Shown piece after piece: positions 39,551 through 53,590 of a stretch of DNA of 64,000 bases. The position numbers and the translations under genes were made by a program. Under the pieces are notes generated by a model that ran no database searches, was not told where the DNA came from, and saw only the letters and a program-made list of their open reading frames with translations. Source of the DNA: Desulfurobacteriaceae bacterium (GTDB lineage Bacteria > Aquificota > Aquificia > Desulfurobacteriales > Desulfurobacteriaceae); NCBI GenBank assembly GCA_027075275.1, contig JALTBO010000083.1, positions 4,522 to 68,521 of the forward strand. Reading direction: 5' to 3'. Every line of letters begins with the position of its first letter. The stretch's first letter is position 1.

Positions 39551-41130
39551 GCAGCAGGCTCTACTTTATGGGAGCTCTCATAGTTGCCGGAATGTTTATG
39601 ACACTCCTTGATACGACTATCGTTGATATAGCCCTTCCCCACATGATGAGCACATTTGACGCAGAGCCCGACGATATCCAGTGGGTAATTATCTCCTACA
39701 TGGTTGCTTCTGCCGTTGCGATGCCCGTTGTTGGATGGCTTGGAGGTAAACTTGGCCACAGAAATACCTACCTTTTGGGTATTTCGCTCTTTACCCTTAT
39801 GAGTGCCCTCTGCGGTTTTGCCACCAGCTTAGACCTTATGGTTGCGGCAAGGGTTTTCCAGGGAGTTGGAGAGGGGATTGCCGTTCCGATGACCATGACC
39901 CTTCTCTTTGAGCTCTTTCCCCCTGAAAAGAGGGGAGTTGCAATGGGGATGTTTGCCCTTGGGGCAACGTTTGGCCCCTCTTTAGGGCCAACTTTAGGTG
40001 GATACATAACAGAGCACCTCAGCTGGCGATGGATTTTTTACGTAAATCTCCTTCCGGGAATTCTGGTTGTCTATCTTCTAACCCTTTTTATGGAAGACGA
40101 CAGACACCTCCACAGAGATGATAAACCGTTAGACTTTATAGGTCTTCTCCTCCTCGCCCTCTCTTTAGTTTCACTGATTGTTGTCCTTTCTAAGGGAAAC
40201 AGCTGGGGCTGGAAATCCCTGAAGTCAGTCTCTCTCCTCTACGTCTCAGCTGTCTCTTTCGTCCTTTTCTTAATCCACCAATTGAAAACTGAACATCCCC
40301 TTTTAAACCTATCCCTGTTTAAATACCCGTTTTTCCGCTATCCCGTTCTGTCTCTGACAGTTTTTGGGATGGGCGTTTACGCCTCTTACTTTCTTCTTCC
40401 ACTATACCTTGAGAAACTGAGAGGTCTTCCAACGATAACTGCCGGTGAAATCCTGTTCTGGCCCTCTATGGGAACCGGTTTCTTCAGTATGGTTGCAGGT
40501 ATTCTGATAGATAAAAAGGTTTTAACCAAGAAAGCTTCCATAATAATTGGAACAACCGTATTTATTTTTGGAACCTACTTTCAACAGAAGCTCAACCTGG
40601 ATATGACAAAGGCAGAGATAGTTGCCTACCTGATGCCCTGGGGAATCGGAATGGGATTTTTCTTCCCTGCCCTTTCTCAGATTTCACTGGGGAGTTTTAA
40701 GGGGGAGCTCCTCCGTCAGGCCTCCTCCATTCAGAACCTGATGAGACTTGTTGGCGGAAGCATTGGAACTGCCGTATCAACCTACATTCTCCTCTCGTCT
40801 CAGCAGGTTCACTTTGTCCACCTGACAGAGAGAGTTTCAAGCTCGTCTCCACAGGTTTTCTACTTTTTAAAGAGGGCTGAAGACTTCTACCACTACTTCA
40901 GGGGAGAAACCCCGCATACGGCAAAGCTAACAGCTAAGGCCCTATTAGCCCAGCTCTACTCACAGCACGCATTCTGGCACTCCTTTGCCGACGCCTTCTT
41001 CTTTGCAACCATCTGCGGCGTTTTAACCCTTATACCAGCCTTTTTGCTGGAGGAGAGAGATGAGACTTTTGATTCCGGTTTTACTTCTGATTTTCCTTCT
41101 GCCTGTGAACCTGAGGGCAGGAGAGATTGA
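39547..41130 (+). CDS. DHA2 (EmrB/QacA) MFS efflux permease
   Basis: 'LDTTIVDIALP', 'GPTLGGYIT...WRWIFYVN', about 14 TM helices. Confidence 0.93.
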   Translation: MSSRLYFMGALIVAGMFMTLLDTTIVDIALPHMMSTFDAEPDDIQWVIISYMVASAVAMPVVGWLGGKLGHRNTYLLGISLFTLMSALCGFATSLDLMVAARVFQGVGEGIAVPMTMTLLFELFPPEKRGVAMGMFALGATFGPSLGPTLGGYITEHLSWRWIFYVNLLPGILVVYLLTLFMEDDRHLHRDDKPLDFIGLLLLALSLVSLIVVLSKGNSWGWKSLKSVSLLYVSAVSFVLFLIHQLKTEHPLLNLSLFKYPFFRYPVLSLTVFGMGVYASYFLLPLYLEKLRGLPTITAGEILFWPSMGTGFFSMVAGILIDKKVLTKKASIIIGTTVFIFGTYFQQKLNLDMTKAEIVAYLMPWGIGMGFFFPALSQISLGSFKGELLRQASSIQNLMRLVGGSIGTAVSTYILLSSQQVHFVHLTERVSSSSPQVFYFLKRAEDFYHYFRGETPHTAKLTAKALLAQLYSQHAFWHSFADAFFFATICGVLTLIPAFLLEERDETFDSGFTSDFPSACEPEGRRD

Positions 41131-42355
41131 AAAACTTATTTCACTTGCCCTTGAAAATTCAAAAGAGATTCAGAAAGTAAGGGCTGATTGTAAGATCTCT
41201 GACCTTCTCTACAGGGAGGCCGTTTCCTCATACTTTCCAACTGTTAACCTCTTTTACAGGAAAACAAATCTGACAGACGTTCCAACCTACTCCTTCTCCC
41301 TTCCTGGTTTTCCATCTGCAACCTTTTCACTCTTTAACAGCAACTACTACCAGTTTGGCGTAAACCTTTCACAGCCAATATTTACAGGAGGGCAGATAAC
41401 CTTCTCGGTTAGACTGAGAGAGAAACAGAAGAGGGCCTCTTACTACTTCTTTAAAGAGACGGTTAACAGAGTCGTTTTATCAGTTAAGGAAGACTACTAC
41501 AACCTTTTAAAGGCAAAGGCCTCAGTTGAAACTGCAAAAGCCTACCTGAAAGCGGCTAAGAAACACTACAGAGACGTTAAAGCCTTTTTTGATGAAGGGA
41601 TAGTTCCGCGGAGAGACCTCTTAGAAGCCGAGGTTAAGCTGAGAGACGCAGAGGAGAAGCTCACCTATGCCCGGGCTCTCTACAGGGTAGCCCTTGAGAA
41701 ACTGAAAACAGATGTAGGAGTTCCAGATATTGACTTTGTCCCGGAAGGGGAGCTCCACTTTGAGCCGGTGAAATTTAAACTGGAGGAGCTCCTCAAAACC
41801 GCTTACTCATCAAGGCCTCTCCTCAAATATGCTCGGATGGTTAAAAGGGCTGCCGATGAGGGAGTTAGACTCTCTGCTTCTGCCTTTTCTCCAAAACTGT
41901 TTTTAGGCGTCAACTACCAGAAGACAGACCAGTACCCGGGGGAGACCTACTCCTCAACTGCTGTTTCTTTTACCCTCAACTTTCCCCTCTTTGAAGGTGG
42001 CAAACGGTTCTTTGAGGTTGAAAGGGCCAGAGAGGAGCGCAGAAAGGCTGAGATTTCACTCAAAGACCTGAGGGATAGGGTAAGACTTCAGGTTGTTTCC
42101 GCCTATACAAAACTTTTATCTGCCCAGGCAAGGGTTAAAACTGCCCGTTCAGAGGTTAAGGAAGCAGAAGAACTCCTTCGGGACTCAAGAGAGCGCTACA
42201 GAGAGCACGTTGGAACTTCAACCGAAGTTGTTGACGCCATCGCCTACCTTTACTCTGCCAGAAACTCCCTCAACTCTGCCCTTGCAGACTACAACATTGC
42301 CCTTTCAGAGCTTGAGTTTGCCGTGGGAAAGCCCCTTTTGAGAGGTAGAAAATGA
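41060..42355 (+). CDS. TolC family outer membrane efflux protein
   Basis: Signal peptide, two OEP repeats ('QPIFTGG', 'FPLFEGG'). Confidence 0.9.
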   Translation: MRLLIPVLLLIFLLPVNLRAGEIEKLISLALENSKEIQKVRADCKISDLLYREAVSSYFPTVNLFYRKTNLTDVPTYSFSLPGFPSATFSLFNSNYYQFGVNLSQPIFTGGQITFSVRLREKQKRASYYFFKETVNRVVLSVKEDYYNLLKAKASVETAKAYLKAAKKHYRDVKAFFDEGIVPRRDLLEAEVKLRDAEEKLTYARALYRVALEKLKTDVGVPDIDFVPEGELHFEPVKFKLEELLKTAYSSRPLLKYARMVKRAADEGVRLSASAFSPKLFLGVNYQKTDQYPGETYSSTAVSFTLNFPLFEGGKRFFEVERAREERRKAEISLKDLRDRVRLQVVSAYTKLLSAQARVKTARSEVKEAEELLRDSRERYREHVGTSTEVVDAIAYLYSARNSLNSALADYNIALSELEFAVGKPLLRGRK

Positions 42356-43524
42356 GGTTTTTTATCCTTTTTATAACAGTTTCCCTTTTCCTTTCAGGCT
42401 GTTTTAACCAGAGAAATGGAAATACCCTCTACATAAACGGCCGGATTGAGGGAGACCAGTACGACGTTGGAACAAAATACGGCGGTAAGATTGTTGCTGT
42501 TTACCACGATGAGGGGGATAATGTCAGGAAGGGGGAGCTCCTTGCCCGGATAGACTCCTCTGAGGTGAGGGCGGAGCTCTCTCAGGCTGAAGCAAACTAT
42601 AGAGCTTCCCTCTCTGCTGTGAGCGTTAAAGAGAAAGAACTTTCATTCTACAAGGAAAAACTTTCTGCCCTGAAGTTTAAACTCTCAGAGCTCAGAAAGG
42701 GAGTGGATATAGGAATAGAAACTGCAAAAGACCGCCTGAAGGCTGCCCGTTATCGTCTTCTCTCTGCAGAGGCCGGCTATCGTAAAGCAAAGGCTGCCTA
42801 TGAAAAGGCCAGAAAAGACTACATTAGGTTTAAAAACCTCTATGCCCGCAGGGTAATTTCAGAGAGCAGGTTTGACGCCGTAAAACTTGCTTATCAATCT
42901 GCAAAATCTGACCTTCAGTCTGCCAGGGAGCTCCTCAACACTGCAAAGGTCAACCTGTCGGCTTCAGAGAAGGAGCTCCAGCTTGCAGAAAACAGGAAAA
43001 AAGAGATTCTCTCTTTAGAGAGGGAAGTTAAAGCCCTTGAAGAAACGGTTGCTGCAAAGGAGAGGGAGGTTTCCCTATACAGAGAAAGGGCTGCTGCTGC
43101 TCGCTCGCTGGTTAAAAAGGTTGAATCAATCCTTAACAACCTGAAGATAACCTCTCCGGTAGATGGAACTGTTACTGAGAAATTGGTTGAACCGGGAGAG
43201 GTTGTGGCTCCCGGTCAGAGGCTCTTTACCCTCTACAACCTTGATAACCTTTACTTTGAAGGTTACGTTCCTGAAACAGAGGTTGGACTCATTCATATAG
43301 GGCAGAAAGGGTACATAACCGTTGATGCCTATCCCGGCAGAAAGTTCCCCGTTGTTCTTACTTACATCTCCTCCCGTGCAGAGTTTACCCCTAAGGATGT
43401 TCAGACCAGAGAGGAAAGGGTAAAAGAGGTCTTTAAGGTAAAACTGAAACTCCTTGAGAACCCCAACCACGTTCTAAAACCGGGAATGCCTGCAGACTGC
43501 TACATTCCTTTAGGTGGAAAATGA
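42352..43524 (+). CDS. YbhG-like HlyD family adaptor (lipoprotein-like N-terminus)
   Basis: 'LSGC' lipobox, 'NGRIEG', 'AEFTPKDVQT', 'KPGMPAD'. Confidence 0.9.
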   Translation: MRFFILFITVSLFLSGCFNQRNGNTLYINGRIEGDQYDVGTKYGGKIVAVYHDEGDNVRKGELLARIDSSEVRAELSQAEANYRASLSAVSVKEKELSFYKEKLSALKFKLSELRKGVDIGIETAKDRLKAARYRLLSAEAGYRKAKAAYEKARKDYIRFKNLYARRVISESRFDAVKLAYQSAKSDLQSARELLNTAKVNLSASEKELQLAENRKKEILSLEREVKALEETVAAKEREVSLYRERAAAARSLVKKVESILNNLKITSPVDGTVTEKLVEPGEVVAPGQRLFTLYNLDNLYFEGYVPETEVGLIHIGQKGYITVDAYPGRKFPVVLTYISSRAEFTPKDVQTREERVKEVFKVKLKLLENPNHVLKPGMPADCYIPLGGK

Positions 43525-45377
43525 AGCCCGTTGAGTGTGAAAACCTCAGGATTACTTACAGGAGAGGAAGAACCGTTGCGGTTGATAACCTTTCATTTAC
43601 TGTAGGCTCAGGAGATATCTTTATCTTCATAGGGCCAGACGGAGCCGGGAAGTCCTCAACTTTTAAGGCTGTTTGTGGAGTTCTCACCTACGATTCAGGG
43701 AAACTCCTTACCTTTGGCGTTGACCCAAACGACGAAAAAGCCTTTGAGCCTGTAAAGGAAAGAATTTCCTTTATGCCCCAGGGGCTTGGGCAGAACCTCT
43801 ACAAAAAACTCTCTGTTGAGGAGAACGTTGACTTCTTTGCCGACCTTTACGGCGTTACGGGAGAGGAGAGGGAGAAAAGGAAGAAACTCCTTTTGAAAAC
43901 CACAGGTCTCTGGGAGTTCAGGGATCGGCCTGCCGGGAAGCTCTCCGGCGGAATGATGCAGAAGCTTTCCCTGTGCTGTATACTGATTCACAGGCCGGAG
44001 TTCCTCGTTTTAGACGAGCCTACAACCGGCGTTGATCCGGTTTCCCGTAGGGAGATCTGGAGACTTCTTTACTCCTTCAACCGTGAAGGTCAGACGGTTC
44101 TTGTTTCAACTTCCTACTTAGACGAGGCCGAGAGGGGGACGGAGCTCCTCCTGATGAAAGACGGTAAAAAGGTAGTTTCAGGCTCCTACGAAGATGTTGT
44201 TAGAACGGAATCTCAGGCCTTTCTCATAACCTCAGACGACCCCTACGCCGTTTACCAGAAACTCTGGGATATAACGAACACCCCAAGGCTTAAGGGGAAT
44301 ACTGTCAGAGTCCTTATTCCCCCCGAAAAACTTAAGAATTTCAGGGAGCTCCAGAAGAAAATGAGCTTCTCTGCTCAGCCCGTTGAACCGGACCTTGAAG
44401 ACCTATTCGTTGAGAAAGTTGGGCTCAGGAGAGTTGTTCTCCCTCCTATCTTTAAGCCTAAAACAGAAGTTCCAGAGAACGCCGTTGTTGTTGAGAATGT
44501 TGTTAAGAAGTTCGGAGACTTTACCGCCGTTGACGGAGTTTCCTTCACAGTTAAGAGGGGAGAAATTTTCGGCCTTCTGGGTCCAAACGGTGCAGGGAAA
44601 ACCACACTAATAAAAACCGTCTTAGGTCTCTACAGTCCAACTTCAGGGAGAATTTCTGTTGCTGGAAAGCCCGTTGGAAAAGATGTTAAGAAACTCATAG
44701 GCTACACCTCCCAGAAGTTCTCCCTCTACTACGACCTGACGGTTCTTGAAAACCTCGTCTACTGGGGAAGCGTTTACGGGGTTTCCCCTTCTACTGTTAA
44801 ATCGTTAGTCTCTCAGGTGGCTCCGGTTTTTGAGCTTCAGGAGTTTCTAAACAGACAGGTTGCGGAGCTCCCCTTAGGGATAAAACAGAGGGTTGCACTC
44901 CTCTCTGCCCTCCTCCACTCCCCGCCGATTCTCTTCTTAGACGAGCCAACCTCCGGCGTTGATCCCGTTGAGAGGGACGTCTTCTGGCAGGTTATAAGGG
45001 AGCTCTCTAAAAAGTTCGGCGTAACCGTTCTCATTACAACCCACTACATGGACGAGGCCGAATACTGCGACAGGGTTCTGCTGATGAACAGGGGAAAGGC
45101 CGTTGCCTTAGGCTCTCCCCGTGAGCTAAAGGAGGAGCTGAGAAAGGAAATGGGAAACGCCTACCTCATCTACACCGATGAGCCCTTTGACCTTGAGGAG
45201 AAGCTGAAAAGTCTGGGCTTTAAAACCGCTCTCTTTGGAAGGAAGGTAAAGGTTTACTCGTTAAAACCCATAACGGAAGACTATCTCAAAGAGTTGGGAG
45301 TTCCGTTTAAAAAGCTCAAACCTTCTTATATAACAATGGAAGACGTTTTTGTTTTCAGGGTTTTAAGTGATGTTTAG
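43521..45377 (+). CDS. ABC ATP-binding protein with two NBDs (YbhF-like)
   Basis: GPDGAGKS and GPNGAGKT Walker A motifs, LSGG, two LDEPT motifs. Confidence 0.92.
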   Translation: MKPVECENLRITYRRGRTVAVDNLSFTVGSGDIFIFIGPDGAGKSSTFKAVCGVLTYDSGKLLTFGVDPNDEKAFEPVKERISFMPQGLGQNLYKKLSVEENVDFFADLYGVTGEEREKRKKLLLKTTGLWEFRDRPAGKLSGGMMQKLSLCCILIHRPEFLVLDEPTTGVDPVSRREIWRLLYSFNREGQTVLVSTSYLDEAERGTELLLMKDGKKVVSGSYEDVVRTESQAFLITSDDPYAVYQKLWDITNTPRLKGNTVRVLIPPEKLKNFRELQKKMSFSAQPVEPDLEDLFVEKVGLRRVVLPPIFKPKTEVPENAVVVENVVKKFGDFTAVDGVSFTVKRGEIFGLLGPNGAGKTTLIKTVLGLYSPTSGRISVAGKPVGKDVKKLIGYTSQKFSLYYDLTVLENLVYWGSVYGVSPSTVKSLVSQVAPVFELQEFLNRQVAELPLGIKQRVALLSALLHSPPILFLDEPTSGVDPVERDVFWQVIRELSKKFGVTVLITTHYMDEAEYCDRVLLMNRGKAVALGSPRELKEELRKEMGNAYLIYTDEPFDLEEKLKSLGFKTALFGRKVKVYSLKPITEDYLKELGVPFKKLKPSYITMEDVFVFRVLSDV

Positions 45378-46485
45378 AGTAAAAAGGGTCTTCTCAATTG
45401 TCAAAAAGGAGATAAGGGAACTCCTCAGAGATAAAATCTCCCTCATTACTGTCCTTGCCGTTCCCCTCTCTATGATGCTTGTTTTTGGATACGGCCTTAA
45501 ACTTGAGATAAAACACGTTCCCCTTGGAGTTCTTGACTACGATAACTCTTACTTCTCACGGGAAATCCTCTCTAAACTTATATCAAACGGAGAGTATTTC
45601 TACGTTAAGCGCTACTTCTCATCTGAAAAGGAGCTTGACAGAGCTCTCACTTTTGGTGAGGTTAGGGGAGCTCTCCTGTTCCCTTTCAACTTTGAAAAGG
45701 ACTTCAAAAAGGGTCAGGGCCGTTTCCAGCTTTTGATTGACGGAACTTTCCCCTACAGGGCAGAGGTTATAAAGAGCTACGTTAACGCCGTTGTTTCCCT
45801 TGAGAACCTTAACCTTATGGAGAAAAAAGGCCTGAAACTTCCCGTTTCAGTTAAGCCCCGTTACTGGTTCAACGAGTCTCTGAACCAGGACTACGTTGTT
45901 GCCGTTGGAACTCTGGCAGTTGTTTTAGCAATAGCTCCTGCCGTTTTTTCTGCACTGCTGATAGTTAAGGAGAAGGAGTCTGGATCAATCTATAACGTTT
46001 ACGTTTCATCAATAGGAAAGTTTGAATACCTTTTGGGAAAACTGCTAACAGGATTTTTAGTCTCTTCATTTAATCTGGCCGTTCTTTTTGTACTTCTCTT
46101 TTTCCTGTTTCAGGTTCCCCTTAAAGGGAGCTTTCTCCTTCTGATCCTCTCATCACTCCTCTTTATTTCTGTTTCAACTGCATTTGGCCTTCTCCTTTCA
46201 GTCTTCTTTACCTCTCAGGCTGCAGCTTTCATAGGAACTGTTATCCTTACTGTTGTTCCCTCTATCCTCTACACCGGCTACCTGACTCCTGTTTCCTCCA
46301 TGGGAAAAGGAGCTCTCCTTACTGCTCATCTGATCCCAACCTTCTACTATATGAGACTTCTGAAGAACATCTACTTCAAGGCCTCGCCTTTTAAATATCT
46401 GTTTCCAGACCTCTTAACCCTTATGGCCTTTTTCTTCGTTCTCTTTTCGCTCAACTATCTGTTCTTTAAAAAGAGGGAGAGATGA
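45370..46485 (+). CDS. ABC-2 permease (YbhS-like)
   Basis: 'KKEIRELLRD', 'YWFNESL', 'VKEKESGS'. Confidence 0.88.
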   Translation: MFRVKRVFSIVKKEIRELLRDKISLITVLAVPLSMMLVFGYGLKLEIKHVPLGVLDYDNSYFSREILSKLISNGEYFYVKRYFSSEKELDRALTFGEVRGALLFPFNFEKDFKKGQGRFQLLIDGTFPYRAEVIKSYVNAVVSLENLNLMEKKGLKLPVSVKPRYWFNESLNQDYVVAVGTLAVVLAIAPAVFSALLIVKEKESGSIYNVYVSSIGKFEYLLGKLLTGFLVSSFNLAVLFVLLFFLFQVPLKGSFLLLILSSLLFISVSTAFGLLLSVFFTSQAAAFIGTVILTVVPSILYTGYLTPVSSMGKGALLTAHLIPTFYYMRLLKNIYFKASPFKYLFPDLLTLMAFFFVLFSLNYLFFKKRER

Positions 46486-47567
46486 AATTCTTAATCCTTC
46501 TCTACAAAGAGGTGGTTCAATTCCTGAGGAACAGAGGACTTCTCATTTTTGCCGTTTACGCCTTCACTTTAGACATCTACCTTGCTGCAACGGGAATAGA
46601 CCTTACACTGAAAAACGCCTCCTTCTACGCCCAGGACTTTGACAACTCCTACACTTCAAGGGAGCTCCTCTCAAAATTTCCAGAACCTTACTTCCACTTT
46701 AAGGGCTACCTTCTCTCAGATAAATCTGTTGAAGACGTTCTCTTAAAAGACAGAGCTGTTGGTGTTATTAGAATTCCCTTCAACTTTGAGAAGAGGCTCA
46801 AAAAGGGAGACAGAACAGAAGTTGCCGTCATAGTTAACGGAGCGGAAGTCTCTGCCAGCTACCTTTTCTCAGCATACGCCACTCAGATAATCTACAACTT
46901 CATTACGGGGCAGTTCTTTAAACCACCTGTAGAGGTTGTTCCCAGAATCTACTTCAACCAGAACGCCTCAAGTAAACTTTTCATGGCCTACTCGGAGCTC
47001 CTCACAGTAATAACCCTCTTTCTCCTCCTCCTTCCAGCTGCTGCCGTTGTCCTTGAAAAGGAGAGGGGAAACGTTGAGATGCTTACAGTCTCCCCGCTTC
47101 CAAATATCGTCTTCATGGTTGCAAAGTCCGTTGCCATGGGGCTTATAGTTCTTCTCTTTACCGCTTTTGCTCTGTTTTTTACAGTTGAAAAGGTTGTAGC
47201 AGTTCCTTTTAGAGGAAATGAGTTGGACTTTCTCCTTCTAACTCTCCTCTACGTTTTTACAGCTTCTGGCCTCTCAATGTTTATAGCCTCCCTTTCAGAG
47301 AATATGCTCCAGGTCTCCCAGCTTACAATTCTCCTCCTTATTCCAATCCTCTACCTCTCTGGAAACTGGACTCCCATTGAGGCTATGCCAAAACTTCTCC
47401 AGTGGCTCTCAGTCCTCTCACCCCTCAAGTACTACATAGACGGAGCTCTCGCTATAGCTATCAAGGGGGTTCCTCTGAAAGAGCTCACTTCCGACATATT
47501 GGCCCTTACCTTGCAGGGGGGAGCTCTCTTTGCCCTCGGTAACTACTTCATGGTGAGGAGAATTTAG
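46482..47567 (+). CDS. ABC-2 permease (YbhR-like)
   Basis: 'KEVVQFLRN', 'EKERGNVEML', 'LSGNWTPIEAMP'. Confidence 0.88.
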   Translation: MKFLILLYKEVVQFLRNRGLLIFAVYAFTLDIYLAATGIDLTLKNASFYAQDFDNSYTSRELLSKFPEPYFHFKGYLLSDKSVEDVLLKDRAVGVIRIPFNFEKRLKKGDRTEVAVIVNGAEVSASYLFSAYATQIIYNFITGQFFKPPVEVVPRIYFNQNASSKLFMAYSELLTVITLFLLLLPAAAVVLEKERGNVEMLTVSPLPNIVFMVAKSVAMGLIVLLFTAFALFFTVEKVVAVPFRGNELDFLLLTLLYVFTASGLSMFIASLSENMLQVSQLTILLLIPILYLSGNWTPIEAMPKLLQWLSVLSPLKYYIDGALAIAIKGVPLKELTSDILALTLQGGALFALGNYFMVRRI

Positions 47568-47643
47568 TAAAGGTCATTCTTGCCGTTTCAAGCTGTCTTT
47601 TCACCTTCTTCACAAACTTCTTGTTGAATCTCAGCATCAACTG

Positions 47644-47985
47644 TTATTTCAGGTATATGTCCTCTTTCTTAAACTTCTTTACAAGGAGTGCGTAAAAGAG
47701 AGCTCTGTACTTCCTTTTGAGTTCTTTTAGTTCTTTACAAACTTCCTCTATAGCTTTGTTTAGAACCTCATCAGGTTCTTTCAGCCCTAACTTTTTCTTA
47801 AGGAAGTTTTCCCTCAGTCTTTCAAGCTCAGACCTGTCTGAGCAGGCTACAGTTTCAGAGTCTTTGTTGTAGATTGACGGCCCCAGTCCTCTTGTAACTG
47901 CTTCAATCAACTCGTCACTGAGCTTTAGCTTAAACTTTTTAGCCGTTTCTTTGTAGAGAGCAATTTTTTCATCTAATTTACTCAT
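47644..47985 (-). CDS. DUF2853 family protein
   Basis: 'GLGPSIYNKD...SELE...NFLKKKLGL...KYRA.FY' pattern, recognised from memory. Confidence 0.75.
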   Translation of the reverse strand: MSKLDEKIALYKETAKKFKLKLSDELIEAVTRGLGPSIYNKDSETVACSDRSELERLRENFLKKKLGLKEPDEVLNKAIEEVCKELKELKRKYRALFYALLVKKFKKEDIYLK

Positions 47986-48083
47986 GGTTTCCCCCTCTGT
48001 TATTTATTCCCAGTATAACCAAATTTTCTCGGTGAAGTGTTAATGGTCATTAATATTCAATATGTTTGTTATTGTTGACTTAG

Positions 48084-48097
48084 TTGACTTATATCAA
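48084..48097. promoter_or_regulatory. FNR/CRP-family-like box TTGAC-N4-ATCAA
   Basis: One mismatch to TTGAT-N4-ATCAA; lies in the divergent intergenic region. Confidence 0.4.
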
Positions 48098-48163
48098 AGC
48101 TTGAAATGTAGGAGAAGGCCTATATATTTTTAACTTAAAATAACCCAATAATTTGAGGGGGAA

Positions 48164-48520
48164 ATGCACGGTATTCTGAATTTAGAAGCTTTAAAGAATA
48201 AAGTCTCCTCTTTTGTTAAGGAAAACTGTCTTGATGGTGTTCTAATTTTAGACTCTGAAGGGTTCCCTATAGTTTTTTACTCCCTCTTTTACGTAGATGA
48301 AGATAAGCTTTCGGCAGATCTGGCCTCTTTATTTTCTTTTATTGATATTAATTGTAACAACCCCCTTTTCTTTAAATTTAACAGAGGCTATGTTGTAGCA
48401 TCTTCTCTTGGTAGCGAGTACAAGCTTGTTATATTCGCTCCAGAGTCCGTAAAACTTAATAGATCTCTTGTCCTTCTTAGGGATTTGAAGTTGTATTTAC
48501 AACGATTTATGGATAGCTAA
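48164..48520 (+). CDS. Roadblock/LC7 (MglB-like) domain protein
   Basis: 'GVLILDSEGFPI...DEDKLSA' pattern; 118 aa; GAGGGG RBS. Confidence 0.65.
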   Translation: MHGILNLEALKNKVSSFVKENCLDGVLILDSEGFPIVFYSLFYVDEDKLSADLASLFSFIDINCNNPLFFKFNRGYVVASSLGSEYKLVIFAPESVKLNRSLVLLRDLKLYLQRFMDS

Positions 48521-48530
48521 AGAGATTCGT

Positions 48531-51927
<3,397 letters not shown>

Positions 51928-51938
<11 letters not shown>

Positions 51939-52611
51939 GTGTTCCTCCAAAGAGGAAGTTGACCCCTAAGAACAGGAAAATGACCAGCAGGCCGTTGAAA
52001 ACAACCATCAGTCTTGTGTGGTTTTTTAGCTTCTCATCGTATAGCGTATGGAAAACAAAGGCGCTGAACAGCCAGAAGCCTACTGAGAATATGGACTTCG
52101 GGTCTAACATAAAGATCTCTCCCCACGCCAGGAAAGCCCAGAGAGCTCCAAAGAGCAGTGAGACCGTAAAGAGGAAAAATCCCCATTTGAAGGGTTTTAT
52201 TACTTCTGCCTCTCTGCTGAAAAGGGCGAGCAACGAACAGCTCAGGAATAGTGCATAGGAGACTATGGCGCTTCCAACGTGAATGAAAAAGAGTGGAGTT
52301 CTAATAATTGGCGGAATGGATTTAACCTCTGTCGGCAGGAGGAGAGCTCCCCCGATAAAAACTCCCGATAGAACCCCTGACAGCCGAGGGTCAGCTTTTG
52401 AAAATACCGCCGTTATCCCGAAAACTGCTGCAAACAGGAGGAGTGTGTCAAAACCGTCAAATATGGGCGGGTAGCCGAAGGTGAAGCTCCTCCACACAAG
52501 AATTCCCATAACTACTGCGGCGGAAATGGTTATCAGAGTTCTGTTCCTGAGAACTCCTCCGGTAGCAGAGAGGAGAGCTCCCGCTCCGGTTAGAAGTTTT
52601 ACCAGCTCCAA
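51928..52611 (-). CDS. ccsA: Cytochrome c biogenesis protein CcsA-like
   Basis: 'FFIHV', '[10 protein letters not shown]....DPK', C-terminal '[10 protein letters not shown]'; TTG start after GGAGG. Confidence 0.8.
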
Positions 52612-52678
52612 CCTGATTCCTCCTTTTCAGATTGATACAATTAAACCTGTTCCTTCCATTCCTTTCAAGGAGGTTGCA

Positions 52679-53590
52679 TTGAGAACCATAGATGTTTCTA
52701 CAAAGTTTGATACTCTGAGAACTGCCAGAGCCGTCGGAAGAATCAGGCTTTCTCCGAAGACCGTAAAGATGATTTTAAACGGAGAAATTCCAAAGGGGGA
52801 CGTTCTTTCAGCTTCTCAGATTGCAGGGCTGATGGGAGCAAAGAAGACTGCCGAGTTAATGCCCTTCTGCCATCCCATTCCCATTGATCACATAGAGGTT
52901 AAAACCCGTGCAGGTGAAGACTACATAGAGGTTGAGGCTGAAGTTCGGGGAATCTGGAGAACAGGCTACGAAGTTGAGGCGATGAACGCCGTTTTAACTG
53001 CACTTTTAAACGTTTACGATATGTGTAAGGCCTTTGATAAGAATATGGTTATTGAGGAAGTAAAACTCGTTTCTAAGAGCGGTGGGAAGTCTGATTGGGC
53101 TGAGGACCTCTCCGGCTTGAAGGCTGCCGTTATTACCGTTTCAGACTCAACTGCCGCCGGTAAACGGGAAGATAAAAGCGGCCCTCTGGCGAAACAGATT
53201 TTGGAGGAGTTTGGAGCAGAAGTTGTCGGCTATACTGTTGTTCCAGACGATAAGGAGAAAATAAAAGAGGCCGTCTTAAACTTTAAAAAGCAGGGAGCAA
53301 ACGTTATCGTTACGACCGGCGGGACAGGTTTCAGCCCCAAGGATGTTACTCCTGAGGCCTCAGAGGAGCTCTTTTACAAGGAGATGACCGGCTTTTCTGA
53401 GGCTATGCACGTTTTAGGAGTTCGGTTTACCCCAAAGGCTTTAATGTCCCGTGCAAAGGCCGGCCTCCTCTCGCCGGAGTGCATTCTCCTGAACCTTCCC
53501 GGCTCCTCCAAAGGGGTTGAGCAGAACCTCAGAACCTTTGCTCCACTTTTAAAGCACGCCCTTAAAATGGCTCAGGGAGGTGGCCACTGA
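52679..53590 (+). CDS. moaCB: Bifunctional MoaC/MoaB-MogA molybdenum cofactor biosynthesis protein
   Basis: 'KGDVL...MPFCHP...TGYEVEA...KSGGKS' plus 'TVSD...TTGGTG...NLPGS'; TTG at 52679 after AAGGAGG. Confidence 0.93.
   Translation: MRTIDVSTKFDTLRTARAVGRIRLSPKTVKMILNGEIPKGDVLSASQIAGLMGAKKTAELMPFCHPIPIDHIEVKTRAGEDYIEVEAEVRGIWRTGYEVEAMNAVLTALLNVYDMCKAFDKNMVIEEVKLVSKSGGKSDWAEDLSGLKAAVITVSDSTAAGKREDKSGPLAKQILEEFGAEVVGYTVVPDDKEKIKEAVLNFKKQGANVIVTTGGTGFSPKDVTPEASEELFYKEMTGFSEAMHVLGVRFTPKALMSRAKAGLLSPECILLNLPGSSKGVEQNLRTFAPLLKHALKMAQGGGH

Noticed and set aside
52481-52678. N-terminal extension of MoaCB overlapping ccsA
   Set aside because: The TTG at 52679 has a strong RBS and matches MoaC starts; the extension is antisense to ccsA.
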